From a virus, in the IMG/VR virus record IMGVR_UViG_3300037116_000062, positions 6,120 to 70,119 of that record: a stretch of 64,000 nt of DNA; one strand, written 5' to 3'. Below are positions 48,210 through 58,517 of the stretch, in pieces (within the stretch, counting starts at the first letter, position 1; each line of letters starts with the position of its first letter). The notes beneath the pieces were generated by a model. It was not told the origin of the DNA and searched no databases. It saw only the letters and a program-made list of their open reading frames with translations. Both the position numbers and the translations under genes were made by a program.

Positions 48210-50537
48210 ATGCCAGTTAATCCGCCTACTACCACCGCAGGACAGAACGATCCGAATCCCCAGCCGATCCAGAATCCGAACGCCCCTATGGGCTCGACGA
48301 TTCAGCAAGATCCGACGCAGCCCAACACCTCGGCACAGCCCACGCAACCCACGGACAATAGCGCGTATGTCGAGAACCAAGGACGCCCCCAGCCGCAGGC
48401 ACCCGCAAACGCGCCCATTATGGCCCATACGCCAGCCACGCCCCAAGCATCTCTACACGCGCGCTTATTTGACGGCATCCTGAAGAACCTTTCGGGCGGG
48501 CCGATCAAGGTTCAGCAGACCGACCCGACCACGGGCGACACCCGGGAAGTTGAAGTCCCGCGCTCAAAATCATCCATGGCGAACAGCGTCCTCGCTGGCG
48601 TCCTCAGTTCCATGTTCACGGGCGCACAAGGCCGAGGCTCTGATCCCGACTACAAGCCCGTCATGGGCAGTCACGGCACCCAGCACGCGGAAGACCAAGC
48701 CGCACAGCAGGCGAAACTCGACCAGATGCAAGACCGCAAGATGAAGGTTCTGGACACGAACCTGAAGACGATCCAAACCCAGATGGCCGCCGCTCGTTTG
48801 GGCGACGAAACCATGGACAAGCAGATCGCCGACGGCTCTCAGCAGATGGAGATGTCGCGGACGTATGACCAAGGCCTGCAGCCGGGGGAAGAACCGTCTA
48901 TCAAGAAAGAACACCTCACGCACGATCAAGCCATGAGCATGATCGGCGATGGGAAACTCGGGCTGATTGCCGTCCCAAGTGGGCGCGCGAGCCACCTAGA
49001 CCCCGCCACAGGTAAGGTCGTCAATGACGTCCAGTACTCGGTCATCGACCCCCACGTGAAGGTAAAACTGACTGAAGACGATGTCAAAGCGATGGCACAG
49101 ACCCGCCCCGCGCTCGCGAACGCATATCAGCAGAGTGGCGGAAACATAGAACTCCCGTTGGACGTGGTCAACAGCGCCCGTCTCGAACGTGGGAAGGTCT
49201 ACAACGTTCAGGCAGGATTAGATCAGATCGTAAGCGACAAGGACGCCGCGAAGACGCTTGGGGTTAAAGACGGCAAGATCGGCAATCTGATGTCGATCGC
49301 TTCTGACCCGACATATCGCCAAGCACTTCAGAATACCGAAGCCCAGTTGGCGGCGCACGCGAATAGCGACAGGCACTACTCAGTTCTTGACGCCATGCTG
49401 TCAGTCCCAGGTGGACCCGCGCTCGCCAAGAAATTGGGTATTGACCCGACCAAGGCGAATGCGTGGCTCGACAGTGAGCATGAGAAGCGCACCGCGGCAG
49501 ACGCGATGGCGAAACTCGGCGGAGTCGGCGACAAGGCTATCGCAACCCCCGAAGCCAAGAAGGAAGTGGTCAACACGATTAGCGAAGACCCGACGCTGAC
49601 CGACCCGCAGAAAGCAATCCTGCAGGCTGGCTTGTCCGATAACATGACAAACGGCCAAATCAAGGCTTTGAAGATGCAGGCCGAAGGGTTCAATAAGGCG
49701 AACCAGAACGATGCCGCGAAGACCAAACTGGCAGGCGGGGATCCGAAGGTCGCCGCGGAAACGGCCACCAGCATCGTTGACGGTAACTTCGGAACGATCG
49801 AGAAACTCGCATCCCTCAGGGGTGACGCTCGACAAATTCTGAGCAACTCCGTTATTGCTGAAGCTAAGAAGCGCGGCTTGACTGAGAGCAACTGGGGCCC
49901 CGACGCACTGGACGCCAAGTCCAAGATGTGGGCGGATTACCACAGCAACGACAAGAACAAGACGGGCTCAAACATCGGAGCGTTCCGTACGTTCTTGAAC
50001 CACGCAGACGAAGCGTCGGAAATCAGTGACAAATGGAAACGCGTTGGCAGCCCAATTCTCGACAAGCCGATGGGCGAACTGGAGAAGACGGGATTCGGCG
50101 GCACTGAATTCGCGAACTTCGAACGCTCCTTGGAACCTGTCCGCAAAGAGTACATGTCGTTCTTGAATGCGAATAGGGCAGAACACGACGCTGACATCAA
50201 AGTCATGCAGACCGTTCTGAACTCCGCATCCACTCCGAAGCAAGTGACTGAGGCACTCTCGTACTTGGCGGAATCCGCCGATAAGCGATTGGCCGAAGTC
50301 GCGCGTACATACAACGGGACGATGGGCACTACGATGCCCACGATTCTTTCGCCGCAAGCAAAGAATGTCCTACAACGGTTTGGCGTGAAGAGTATGACCG
50401 AACCTTTGATTGCCGATCTACCCAAGGGACAGGGTCAGAAGATCGACCCGAAGACTGCTGCGATATTCCAGGGCGCGGCAGGTGGGGATCTGAAGACCGC
50501 GCGTGAGATGGCGAAGCAAGCTGGATGGACTCTATAA
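48210..50537 (+). CDS. Internal virion (ejection) protein, medium
   Basis: 775 aa helical; Q/P-rich N-terminus; ends AKQAGWTL. Confidence 0.6.
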   Translation: MPVNPPTTTAGQNDPNPQPIQNPNAPMGSTIQQDPTQPNTSAQPTQPTDNSAYVENQGRPQPQAPANAPIMAHTPATPQASLHARLFDGILKNLSGGPIKVQQTDPTTGDTREVEVPRSKSSMANSVLAGVLSSMFTGAQGRGSDPDYKPVMGSHGTQHAEDQAAQQAKLDQMQDRKMKVLDTNLKTIQTQMAAARLGDETMDKQIADGSQQMEMSRTYDQGLQPGEEPSIKKEHLTHDQAMSMIGDGKLGLIAVPSGRASHLDPATGKVVNDVQYSVIDPHVKVKLTEDDVKAMAQTRPALANAYQQSGGNIELPLDVVNSARLERGKVYNVQAGLDQIVSDKDAAKTLGVKDGKIGNLMSIASDPTYRQALQNTEAQLAAHANSDRHYSVLDAMLSVPGGPALAKKLGIDPTKANAWLDSEHEKRTAADAMAKLGGVGDKAIATPEAKKEVVNTISEDPTLTDPQKAILQAGLSDNMTNGQIKALKMQAEGFNKANQNDAAKTKLAGGDPKVAAETATSIVDGNFGTIEKLASLRGDARQILSNSVIAEAKKRGLTESNWGPDALDAKSKMWADYHSNDKNKTGSNIGAFRTFLNHADEASEISDKWKRVGSPILDKPMGELEKTGFGGTEFANFERSLEPVRKEYMSFLNANRAEHDADIKVMQTVLNSASTPKQVTEALSYLAESADKRLAEVARTYNGTMGTTMPTILSPQAKNVLQRFGVKSMTEPLIADLPKGQGQKIDPKTAAIFQGAAGGDLKTAREMAKQAGWTL

Positions 50538-50546
50538 AGGAGCAAC

Positions 50547-53500
50547 ATGGGCGACGCATTCGATCAACTAGGTAATCAACCTCAACCGAATCAGACCGTC
50601 GCCCAACCTGCGGGCGGCGGGGATGCGTTCGATCAACTCGCCCCGTCCACTACCCAACCTGTACCTGTACCTGTTCCGCACTACACGGACCCGCATCCTA
50701 CAGGTACGATCTCAGCGACCACGCCCACCATCTTCGACCGTATTGAGAACATGTTCCGATACGCGAACCCGAACACCCGTCCGAACATCCAGCCCGAAGA
50801 CAAGGCTGCGAATCGTGCGGGGGACATGCAACTCATCCGGCCCGAAGAGGCGATGACGGCGAGCGAACAGAAAGATCACCCGATGGCTACCGCTATCGGA
50901 CAGGCAGCGGGCGGCATGACGTCGCCTGAGTCCCTCGCAATCATGGCGGCATTGCCTGTGGCAGGGCCGATGGCTCTGCAATTGGCATCGGCGGGGTTCA
51001 CCGCGCAGGCGCTAAAGAGCGCGTACGACACCTACCCTGAAATCAAAGCTGCGTTTGATCGCGGCGACGAGAGTGAAGTCGAACGTCTCGTCACCCACGC
51101 CACGCTGGATCTTGGGATGGCGGCGATGACTGCGAAGCACACTATCTCGGGAGAGCCCTACCTCAAAGGTAAGTCCACTCAGTTCGAGAAGGCTGTCGCA
51201 GATCGTGTTACTTCCCCTGAAGCACGCCAGGGCTTCGCGAACTATGAAGCGAAGACGGATGAAATCCACAACCCGCATGCGCCGAAGGCCGATCCTAAAC
51301 TGCCAGCCTTCCGTCCGCACGACAAGACGATCGCAGGAGTCACGGCGAAGGAATCCGCACTGCAGCAGGAGAACCCAGGTTTGGCGACCCGCACTATGGG
51401 CGCTCTGACCTCGGACACCGCAGCGAAGGAATTCCAAGCAGGGCAGGCACCCGATTACACGAAGCAGGCAGTGAGCACGGTTGGCCAGAAGGTCGAAGAC
51501 CGAGTGGCATCACACGACGCTCTCGTGAACGGCCAACCCGAGCCCGACCAGATCACTGGCACCGATACTGTGTCCAAACACGACACGCTCGATGACATGC
51601 ACAATGCTATGCGCAAGTCGTCTGAGCAGACGTATCAGAAGGCGGACGTCGAAGACCGCAAAGACATCGCGGCGTGGCAGCAGGAAGTCGCGAAGGCCCA
51701 GGCGGATTACAAGGACTCCGTCGCGCGCCACAACCAGAATATCGCCGACTATAACTCCACGGAGGAAGGCAAGAAGAACCCGATGGAGCCCGAAGCGTAC
51801 AACCCCGAAGACGCTAAGGTTCCCGAGAAGCCAGACACCTACGCCCAGATGAAGAGTGATCTTCAAGCGGCACAGGAGAACGCGAAGAGTGCTGATCCTG
51901 TCGTACGCCAGAAGGCGTTTGAGACAGAGATCCCGAAGGCGAACAAATCCATCGACAAATGGTTCTCCGATCACAGCGATGCAATCAGCGACCCCGAGTA
52001 CCAATCGGCAAAGCGATTGCGCGCGGATTCTGAGAAGGTCAAGACGATGGCGCAGATGTTGCGCCAGCCCATACTGGACGGCAACCTGTCGTCTGGCAAG
52101 ATGTCCTCAGTCGAAGCGGCCATCAACAAGAAGTCCGTTCGTGGCGGTTTCAGTGAGAACGCTTTCGCCAACCTACTCGGTCCCGAAGGGTACGAGAACT
52201 GGAATAGCGTAAAGGATTTGTTCAAGCCGATCAACGCAGGCAGTGGTGATTCGTGGGGTACGAGAACTCTGACCTATGTCGCCCAGAACCTTCTGGGGCA
52301 CATCGTCGGACTTCCAGCGGCAGTCACGGGCATCGGCGGCGTCGGTACGGCGCTCGCTACATCCCGCGGCATGGAATGGTTTTCAAACAAGGTCATGTTC
52401 GATCCTGAGTTCGGTTCTTGGTTCAAGGATGCGACTGACGCACTGAAGAGTGCGCGAGGCACTGTTGCATCAATCCCAGGTGAACTCCGCAATCGTCTTG
52501 TCAGTTTGATGGACAAGATCAAGTCGAGTTCGCGGGGGTCCGCAGGTGCAGATGTTCCGCAAGGCAACGAGCCGATCACCAACAAGTTCGGACGTAGTGG
52601 TCTGGGCGGCGGCGCAGCGGCAGACGCGGCAGCATCCGATCAGGCAGCGCAGATGAAGGCAGCGCAGATGAAGGCACAGAGCGACGCGCAAGCGGCCAAA
52701 CCCGAGCCCCAGGTCGCATTTGACATGGAGCACGGCGTAGTGCCTGATGCAGACGGAACCCTTCACCACACGATGTCAATCGCCAAAGGCGACGAACATC
52801 TAGGCATGCTCAACATTGAACAGCAGACGCCCGATTCATGGACGGTCAAAGACGCAGCACTGAAACCTGATGCACGCGGGAAGGGTCTAGGCCCTCAAGC
52901 GTACGAGCAGGCATTTCAGAAGGCGACTGAGGCGGGCATGAAAACGGTGGAGAGTGACATCTCTAATACCCCTGCGGCACAAGGCGTATGGGAGAAACTA
53001 AAGGCGAAGTATCCTGCAGCCATCACCGAAGAGAACGGTCAGTATACTGCTGACCTCTCCAAACTGAATGGCCTACAGGAAGCGCCCCCAACCCCGAAGG
53101 CTCCGCGGGAGTCAATCGGCCCAGGTCACAACCCTGATCTGGAAATTTCTACGCGCGACGCAGGTGCGAACAACCCGACAGAGCATGTCACAGGTTGGGA
53201 CGCGATTGAACAGGCGGAAGCGTCCAAGCCTGGGCACATCAAAAAACTTCTGAACGAAGTCATGAAGTATCCCGACTTAGGCGTGAAACTCAGTGAGGAT
53301 GATATCGCCAACCCACGTCAAGGTTTGGAGAAGGTCGTCAATCAGTGGGCTAAGAATCTGGAATGGTTGCACAACAAGATTCCCGCGTCCATCAGGAATA
53401 TCTCCAAGTTATGGTACGATTCGGCCAACAAGATGTCGAACCAATGGGCGGACACGTACAACGTAACCAAGCAGCAGGCGGCGGGCGTGATTGCATCACT

Positions 53501-54407
53501 CTCTCCGAAGAACCCATGGGACGTCAACGCAGGCCAAGGCAAGCGTATGATGGACATGTGGGCTAACCAACGCGGTCACGAGTGGTCACCTGAGATGGAG
53601 ACGGAACTCAATCGGGCGATCGATAAGATCGAACCGAAGCTCGACAAGAAAACGGGGAAGGTGAAGATCGACAAGAAGACAGGCAAGCCGCAAGTCGACG
53701 CGTACAAGGAAGGGCTCCAGAGCATTCGCGGGAAAACGTTCGCGGAACTCGAAGATCCCCTCAAGCCGAAAGAATCTGCATACAAGCAGGCGCTTTGGTT
53801 CCGTATGATGGACGTCGCGCACGGATCGAAGATGACCGAACTATATGCCCCCGACGGAAGCGTCCGTGGACATATCAAGTTCAACTGGGGCATGCCAGAG
53901 CCTATGGCGAAAGCAGTCCAGATGTTGAAGAGTGACGGATCCACAGATGCCATCCACCAGATCATCGGTGACGGCCACAAGATTCGGAACTTCTATAACA
54001 ACATTATCAGTCCGAACTCCCCGAACGGTCACGCTACGATCGACACGCATGCGGGCAATGCCGACATGCTAGTCCCTCGCGGCAGCAATGACGCAGAGGT
54101 CACGGGCATCTTCGGCGGCGCACCATCTAACGCGAAGACGGGGCAGGCGGGGATGTACAGTCTCCACCACGAAGCCTACCGCAGGGCAGCCGAAAAGCTA
54201 GATCTTAAACCGCGGGAACTTCAGTCGATCACCTGGGAGGGCGTAAAGTCCCTCATGGGAGATGACAAGAAGACCCCCGCGCTGAAGACGGCGATCAGCG
54301 AGGTTTGGCAGAAGCACGTGGCAGGCGAACTAACCCTTGACGGCGCACGCGAGGCGATCGTGAAAGTGGCCAACGGATTCACCCGTCCACCGTGGATGAA
54401 CAAATAG
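50547..54407 (+). CDS. Large polyvalent ejection protein with GNAT and C-terminal DNA-glycosylase-like (DUF7178-like) domains
   Basis: GDAFDQL twice; RGKGLG GNAT motif A; WY...AAGVIASLSP..W..N, KIRNFYNNI, TIDTHA and LQSITW. Confidence 0.65.
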   Translation: MGDAFDQLGNQPQPNQTVAQPAGGGDAFDQLAPSTTQPVPVPVPHYTDPHPTGTISATTPTIFDRIENMFRYANPNTRPNIQPEDKAANRAGDMQLIRPEEAMTASEQKDHPMATAIGQAAGGMTSPESLAIMAALPVAGPMALQLASAGFTAQALKSAYDTYPEIKAAFDRGDESEVERLVTHATLDLGMAAMTAKHTISGEPYLKGKSTQFEKAVADRVTSPEARQGFANYEAKTDEIHNPHAPKADPKLPAFRPHDKTIAGVTAKESALQQENPGLATRTMGALTSDTAAKEFQAGQAPDYTKQAVSTVGQKVEDRVASHDALVNGQPEPDQITGTDTVSKHDTLDDMHNAMRKSSEQTYQKADVEDRKDIAAWQQEVAKAQADYKDSVARHNQNIADYNSTEEGKKNPMEPEAYNPEDAKVPEKPDTYAQMKSDLQAAQENAKSADPVVRQKAFETEIPKANKSIDKWFSDHSDAISDPEYQSAKRLRADSEKVKTMAQMLRQPILDGNLSSGKMSSVEAAINKKSVRGGFSENAFANLLGPEGYENWNSVKDLFKPINAGSGDSWGTRTLTYVAQNLLGHIVGLPAAVTGIGGVGTALATSRGMEWFSNKVMFDPEFGSWFKDATDALKSARGTVASIPGELRNRLVSLMDKIKSSSRGSAGADVPQGNEPITNKFGRSGLGGGAAADAAASDQAAQMKAAQMKAQSDAQAAKPEPQVAFDMEHGVVPDADGTLHHTMSIAKGDEHLGMLNIEQQTPDSWTVKDAALKPDARGKGLGPQAYEQAFQKATEAGMKTVESDISNTPAAQGVWEKLKAKYPAAITEENGQYTADLSKLNGLQEAPPTPKAPRESIGPGHNPDLEISTRDAGANNPTEHVTGWDAIEQAEASKPGHIKKLLNEVMKYPDLGVKLSEDDIANPRQGLEKVVNQWAKNLEWLHNKIPASIRNISKLWYDSANKMSNQWADTYNVTKQQAAGVIASLSPKNPWDVNAGQGKRMMDMWANQRGHEWSPEMETELNRAIDKIEPKLDKKTGKVKIDKKTGKPQVDAYKEGLQSIRGKTFAELEDPLKPKESAYKQALWFRMMDVAHGSKMTELYAPDGSVRGHIKFNWGMPEPMAKAVQMLKSDGSTDAIHQIIGDGHKIRNFYNNIISPNSPNGHATIDTHAGNADMLVPRGSNDAEVTGIFGGAPSNAKTGQAGMYSLHHEAYRRAAEKLDLKPRELQSITWEGVKSLMGDDKKTPALKTAISEVWQKHVAGELTLDGAREAIVKVANGFTRPPWMNK

Positions 54408-54425
54408 GGAGGGCACCGAGGGGGG

Positions 54426-54455
54426 TTGACAACAACCCCCGTCCTCTGTTACTAT
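54426..54455 (+). promoter_or_regulatory. sigma70 promoter within an inverted repeat
   Basis: TTGACA-18-TACTAT; GGGGGTTG-ACAA-CAACCCCC. Confidence 0.55.
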
Positions 54456-54473
54456 TCAAATAGGGAGAAAACT

Positions 54474-54950
54474 ATGAGCGAGCCAACCGGGCCGCCCGCT
54501 GATTTCGGCGGAGCGATCCTACCTAACCCGACGAACATCCAGCCTGAGGACGACAGCGTCCACACGCCTAAGGCTCAGGTTCATCCTGGCGGGGCTGTCA
54601 TGGACGTGGGGAACGCGCCCCTCGGCGATATGAAGGGGGACACAGACAACGGGGTGAAAGACCCTGCGTCATTCCCCGCACAGAAGCCTGATCAGGACTT
54701 CCGCAAGCTGTCTCATGAGCGGCCAACCGACAACGCAACGATGGCGGCGATGCGCGGCGCAGGGGTCGATATGACCCTTGACAACTATCTGACGTGGGCG
54801 TACATGGGCGACGCGCCCGATCTGGACAAGTTGGACGGCGAGGACATCGCGATGATGCCCAAAGAGTTCCAGAAGGAAGTACGAGACACGCTCGCGAAGG
54901 AAGCCGCGGCTAAGGCGAAGCCGAAGGCAGGCGAGAAGTCTACGAAATAG
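54474..54950 (+). CDS. Small acidic protein (candidate partner/immunity for the upstream domain)
   Basis: AGGGAG RBS; MTLDNYLTWAYMGDAP core. Confidence 0.6.
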   Translation: MSEPTGPPADFGGAILPNPTNIQPEDDSVHTPKAQVHPGGAVMDVGNAPLGDMKGDTDNGVKDPASFPAQKPDQDFRKLSHERPTDNATMAAMRGAGVDMTLDNYLTWAYMGDAPDLDKLDGEDIAMMPKEFQKEVRDTLAKEAAAKAKPKAGEKSTK

Positions 54951-54971
54951 ACGAATCGGCCAAACAGTTAT

Positions 54972-55066
54972 GCGGTGTGGTACGCTCAGGTAGATAGAGC
55001 GGTATCCAGTTGGTGGCCACCACTGGTGTCAGTCGCAGGCGGCGGTTTCCTGCCCACCCGCTCCCA
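54972..55066 (+). ncRNA. Degenerate tRNA-like element
   Basis: GCTC-AGGTAGATA-GAGC D-arm, GCAGG/CCTGC T-stem lacking TTC, GCGG..GTGG/CCAC.CCGC acceptor and CCA end. Confidence 0.4.
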
Positions 55067-55080
55067 TATCAGGAGGAAGA

Positions 55081-55608
55081 GTGTTCTACGCGTACTTGTG
55101 GCTCAGATACGACGGCACCCCTTACTACGTCGGCAAGAGCCACGATGGGAAGAACAGTCGTGCGTTTAAGAGCGTTGGGCATCACGTTCACAGACCGTCA
55201 GAAGAGTCTAGGATAATCGTTCAACACTACGACTCCGAAGACGAAGCGTTCGCCGCGGAGAAGTTCTTGATCGCGTTTTACGGCAGGGCGGACTTAGGAG
55301 AAGGTTGCCTGAGAAACCTCACGGACGGCGGGGAGGGTACGACAGGCGCAATCCGCACGGAGCAGTGGAAACAGAACATCTCCAAGGGGTTGACGGGCAA
55401 GAAGAGAACTGGGCCTCAATACCAACGTACTGAGGAGCATCGTCGGCAACTTCGGGAGAGAATGAAATCGGGAGATGCAGCTAAGGCAGGACGCATAGGG
55501 GGTAGACGTATGGTAGAGAATCTAAAAGGTAGGTTTACCTTAGAGCAACGGCAAGCATGGTCTAAAAAAGTGCATGCAGCCCGTTGGGGGAAGGTGTCAA
55601 ATTCTTAA
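55081..55608 (+). mobile_element. Free-standing GIY-YIG-like homing endonuclease
   Basis: FYAYLWLRYDGTPYYVGK and NLTDGGEG; NUMOD3-like repeats. Confidence 0.85.
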
Positions 55609-56011
55609 ACAAGACGCGTTCATCCAGGCGCAACTCGTCAACATGGGTTGGCGTTTCACTCAGTTCTACAACCAAGGGCATATGGGCGGCCAGATGGTCA
55701 TGCATGCGCTCGCTAATAGATGCAGAGTTGGGTGGGCTCCTTGGCTACAAGTGATTGAGCGAGTCCCGCAGTTTATGGCGGAGAACGAACTCCCGCCTCT
55801 CGTATTCCCGTCCGTCTGGGATCCTGCCTTCGTGAAGCTACTTCACGCGGTCGAGGGTGTCATGGACGGCAGCGCCCCTGATCTTACGAAGGGCGCTCTG
55901 TACTTCGGCGACCTCGCAAGGATTGAGCGGTCGTGGTTTATGGAGAAAGTGGTTCATGGGGAGAACCACGCTCGCGTGGCATCCATGAACGGGTTGAATT
56001 TCTGGCGTTAG
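55574..56011 (+). CDS. SleB/Hydrolase_2-like cell-wall hydrolase (start uncertain)
   Basis: QMVMHALANR and DLTKGALYF patterns. Confidence 0.5.
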   Translation: MQPVGGRCQILKQDAFIQAQLVNMGWRFTQFYNQGHMGGQMVMHALANRCRVGWAPWLQVIERVPQFMAENELPPLVFPSVWDPAFVKLLHAVEGVMDGSAPDLTKGALYFGDLARIERSWFMEKVVHGENHARVASMNGLNFWR

Positions 56012-56155
56012 GGCCAATATTTACGGGTATTTGGTCATCTTCAGCAACCTGACCTAGGTAACTTTCATCATACCGAGAGGTAGCTTAGGTTGAACTTGAC
56101 AGTCCTTGAAATGGGGTTTAGTGTGGCGGCGCAAAACAAATACGAAAAGGGTCAG

Positions 56156-56365
56156 ATGCCAAAATCGGTGAACATCTCTGAAATGGAGTATAACTCGCTC
56201 AAGGCTGCTGCAGAACTCGTTCGCTATCCGGATGTTCTGATGCGAACGCTGGATGCGGTAAACAATCGACAGCGAGCGGAATCCGTGGAGGATGCTTTTA
56301 GTCAACCGGCTGGCCACTCTTCTGTGCGCGCATCGCATTTAGGGGGAGGGATTTGTGAGGTTTGA
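56156..56365 (+). CDS. Hypothetical protein
   Basis: AAGGG RBS before ATG 56156. Confidence 0.45.
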   Translation: MPKSVNISEMEYNSLKAAAELVRYPDVLMRTLDAVNNRQRAESVEDAFSQPAGHSSVRASHLGGGICEV

Positions 56366-56576
56366 AATGTTCAGTAAGTGGCTCAACAAATTAAACACAG
56401 ACGGACACCTCGCTATCGGTTCCGCCATTTTTCTAATAGGTAGCGCGATTCACATTTACCACGGGCTAGATGCTTCGTTCGTGGCGTTCACTACCACCGT
56501 TTTGGGGTTTGTCGGGGGACATTCCTGGGTAAAATCACAAGGAGACTCCGATGATTCTGGACAGCCAAAACCCTAG
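56355..56576 (+). CDS. Putative holin (2 TM)
   Basis: Two hydrophobic helices; 73 aa. Confidence 0.55.
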   Translation: MRFEMFSKWLNKLNTDGHLAIGSAIFLIGSAIHIYHGLDASFVAFTTTVLGFVGGHSWVKSQGDSDDSGQPKP

Positions 56577-56844
56577 CCCGATTGTTTGGACGATCGAACA
56601 CTTCTCAGCGGTAGGTTGGCCGACTTTGATTTACGCCGTGTGGCGCGTCACCCGCTTCTTCACTGTTGTCGAAACCCGAGTATTGACTGCGGAGGAGCAC
56701 ATCACCAAGATGAGTTCCAACTGCTTCCCAACAATGCAGGCGAGTTTGCAGACGCAGGACGGTCTGATGAAGTCGATGGACAGCTCACTGAAGACGCTGG
56801 CGAACGGCGCAGGCGGAACACCGCGTAGGCCAAGGAAACGGTAA
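56551..56844 (+). CDS. Putative holin/membrane protein (1 TM + coiled coil)
   Basis: N-terminal TM; basic C-terminus. Confidence 0.5.
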   Translation: MILDSQNPSPIVWTIEHFSAVGWPTLIYAVWRVTRFFTVVETRVLTAEEHITKMSSNCFPTMQASLQTQDGLMKSMDSSLKTLANGAGGTPRRPRKR

Positions 56845-56854
56845 AAGGACTGAC

Positions 56855-56883
56855 TTGACAACCGACAGAGGAACTGCTAAGAT
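56855..56883 (+). promoter_or_regulatory. sigma70 promoter
   Basis: TTGACA-17-TAAGAT with extended TG. Confidence 0.7.
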
Positions 56884-56900
56884 TAAGAAATAGGAGGACT

Positions 56901-58517
56901 ATGGCCAAAACTGATGGAACCATGCGCGACAAGATTGTCGCCGCGTTCACCAAGAACCAGGGCAACATCGCCGCCGTATCCCGTGAAGTGGGATGCAGCC
57001 GTAGCTCCGTGCGCCGCAACATCGCCAAGGTCGGCATGGGCAAGAAGCCCCTCGCTGGCGGCAAGCGCAAAGCCAAGATCCAGAAGAACACCGTTCCGAA
57101 CACTGGCGTGAAACGGTATGTCATCACCTCCGCCCAGAACAACACACATATCCATCCCGAGTTTTGGGCGAACGTCCAGGCCCTCGCGAAGCACTACTCT
57201 GCGGAGATCCTCATCGGAACGTACTCCTATAACCAGAACAATTACGGCAAGCTCGCGGTCAAGAAGGGCACGAAGAAATCATACCAGACGGAACTCTGGT
57301 TCGACCCCGCGCTCATGCATTACATCGCAGACGGCGACAGGAAGATCGAACTGGCCCCAGGGCTCACGTGGATCGGCACCATGAATATCCTGCCGACCGA
57401 AGACAACCCGATCTCGGGGTTGGAGACGTACGGCGGTTCGTCCAGTGTGATCTTCCCACACGCTAAAGTGGAGATGCGCAGCATCGCAACCCCGCCCGAC
57501 ATGCCTGTCAAAATGATCTACACGACGGGTAGCGTCACGCTCATGAATTACCTGCAGAAGAAACTGGGCATCAAAGCCGAGCACCATCATCGCTACTCCT
57601 GCCTCGTCGTTGAAGTCAACGCGAAGGGAGAGTGGTGGGTTCGCCAAGTGAGCGCGCGCAAGAACGGGCTGAACATCCAAGACTTGAATGTCATTGTAGA
57701 CAGTGGCAAGGTCATCTCCACGGACGCGCCAATCGCGGCAATCGCGTGGGGCGACCTGCACGGGACTATCGCAGACCTGACGGTTGTTGAGTCATCGCAG
57801 AAGATGCTGGATACGTTGCGCCCCAGGGTGCAGTACCTCCATGATGTCATGGAAGGCATCTCCATGAACCCGCACATGCGGAAGCATAATGCGATCCATG
57901 AGGGTTTCACGCGCTGGCTACGCGGCCTGAATAGGGTTGAGGAAGAGTTCAAACAGACTCGCGTAGTTCTTGAGAAGTACCTTCGCCCTTGGATAAAGAC
58001 CGTCGTTCCCGATGCGAACCACGACAGGGCTTGGCTGGTGAAGTGGCTCCGCGATTACGACTATCGCAAGGACGCTTCCAATAGTGAGTTCTTCTTGGCT
58101 CTGCAGAAGTTCATGTATAGCGAACTTCGTGATGGCAAGATGGCTAAGAACGTCAACCTGATGGAGTTTGCATTCCAAGCAGTTGGGCTCCCGAAGGGCG
58201 CAGTTAAATTCTTGCTTCCAGACGAATCGTCTCTAGTGGGCGATGTCGCATATGACATGCACGGGCACCTGGGGCCGAATGGAACGTTTGGCGCGCCGAA
58301 CAACCTGTCCAAGATTGGCAGGAAGGCGACCACTATGCACACGCATTCTGCGGGGATTTACCACGGCCTGTTTGTGGGCGGCACGTCTTCCAAACTGACA
58401 CAAGGTTGGGACTACTGTGCGGGGCCTAGTTCTTGGTCATGGAGCCATGTCATACAGTATGGAAACGGGCAACGCAGCATTGTGACTATGGGAGGGGATG
58501 GGAAGTGGAGAGCCTAA
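56901..58517 (+). CDS. HTH + metallophosphoesterase (T5 A1-like)
   Basis: N-terminal HTH; YVITSAQNNT; GDLH, LHD, ANHD, HGH and HTHS calcineurin-like motifs. Confidence 0.75.
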   Translation: MAKTDGTMRDKIVAAFTKNQGNIAAVSREVGCSRSSVRRNIAKVGMGKKPLAGGKRKAKIQKNTVPNTGVKRYVITSAQNNTHIHPEFWANVQALAKHYSAEILIGTYSYNQNNYGKLAVKKGTKKSYQTELWFDPALMHYIADGDRKIELAPGLTWIGTMNILPTEDNPISGLETYGGSSSVIFPHAKVEMRSIATPPDMPVKMIYTTGSVTLMNYLQKKLGIKAEHHHRYSCLVVEVNAKGEWWVRQVSARKNGLNIQDLNVIVDSGKVISTDAPIAAIAWGDLHGTIADLTVVESSQKMLDTLRPRVQYLHDVMEGISMNPHMRKHNAIHEGFTRWLRGLNRVEEEFKQTRVVLEKYLRPWIKTVVPDANHDRAWLVKWLRDYDYRKDASNSEFFLALQKFMYSELRDGKMAKNVNLMEFAFQAVGLPKGAVKFLLPDESSLVGDVAYDMHGHLGPNGTFGAPNNLSKIGRKATTMHTHSAGIYHGLFVGGTSSKLTQGWDYCAGPSSWSWSHVIQYGNGQRSIVTMGGDGKWRA

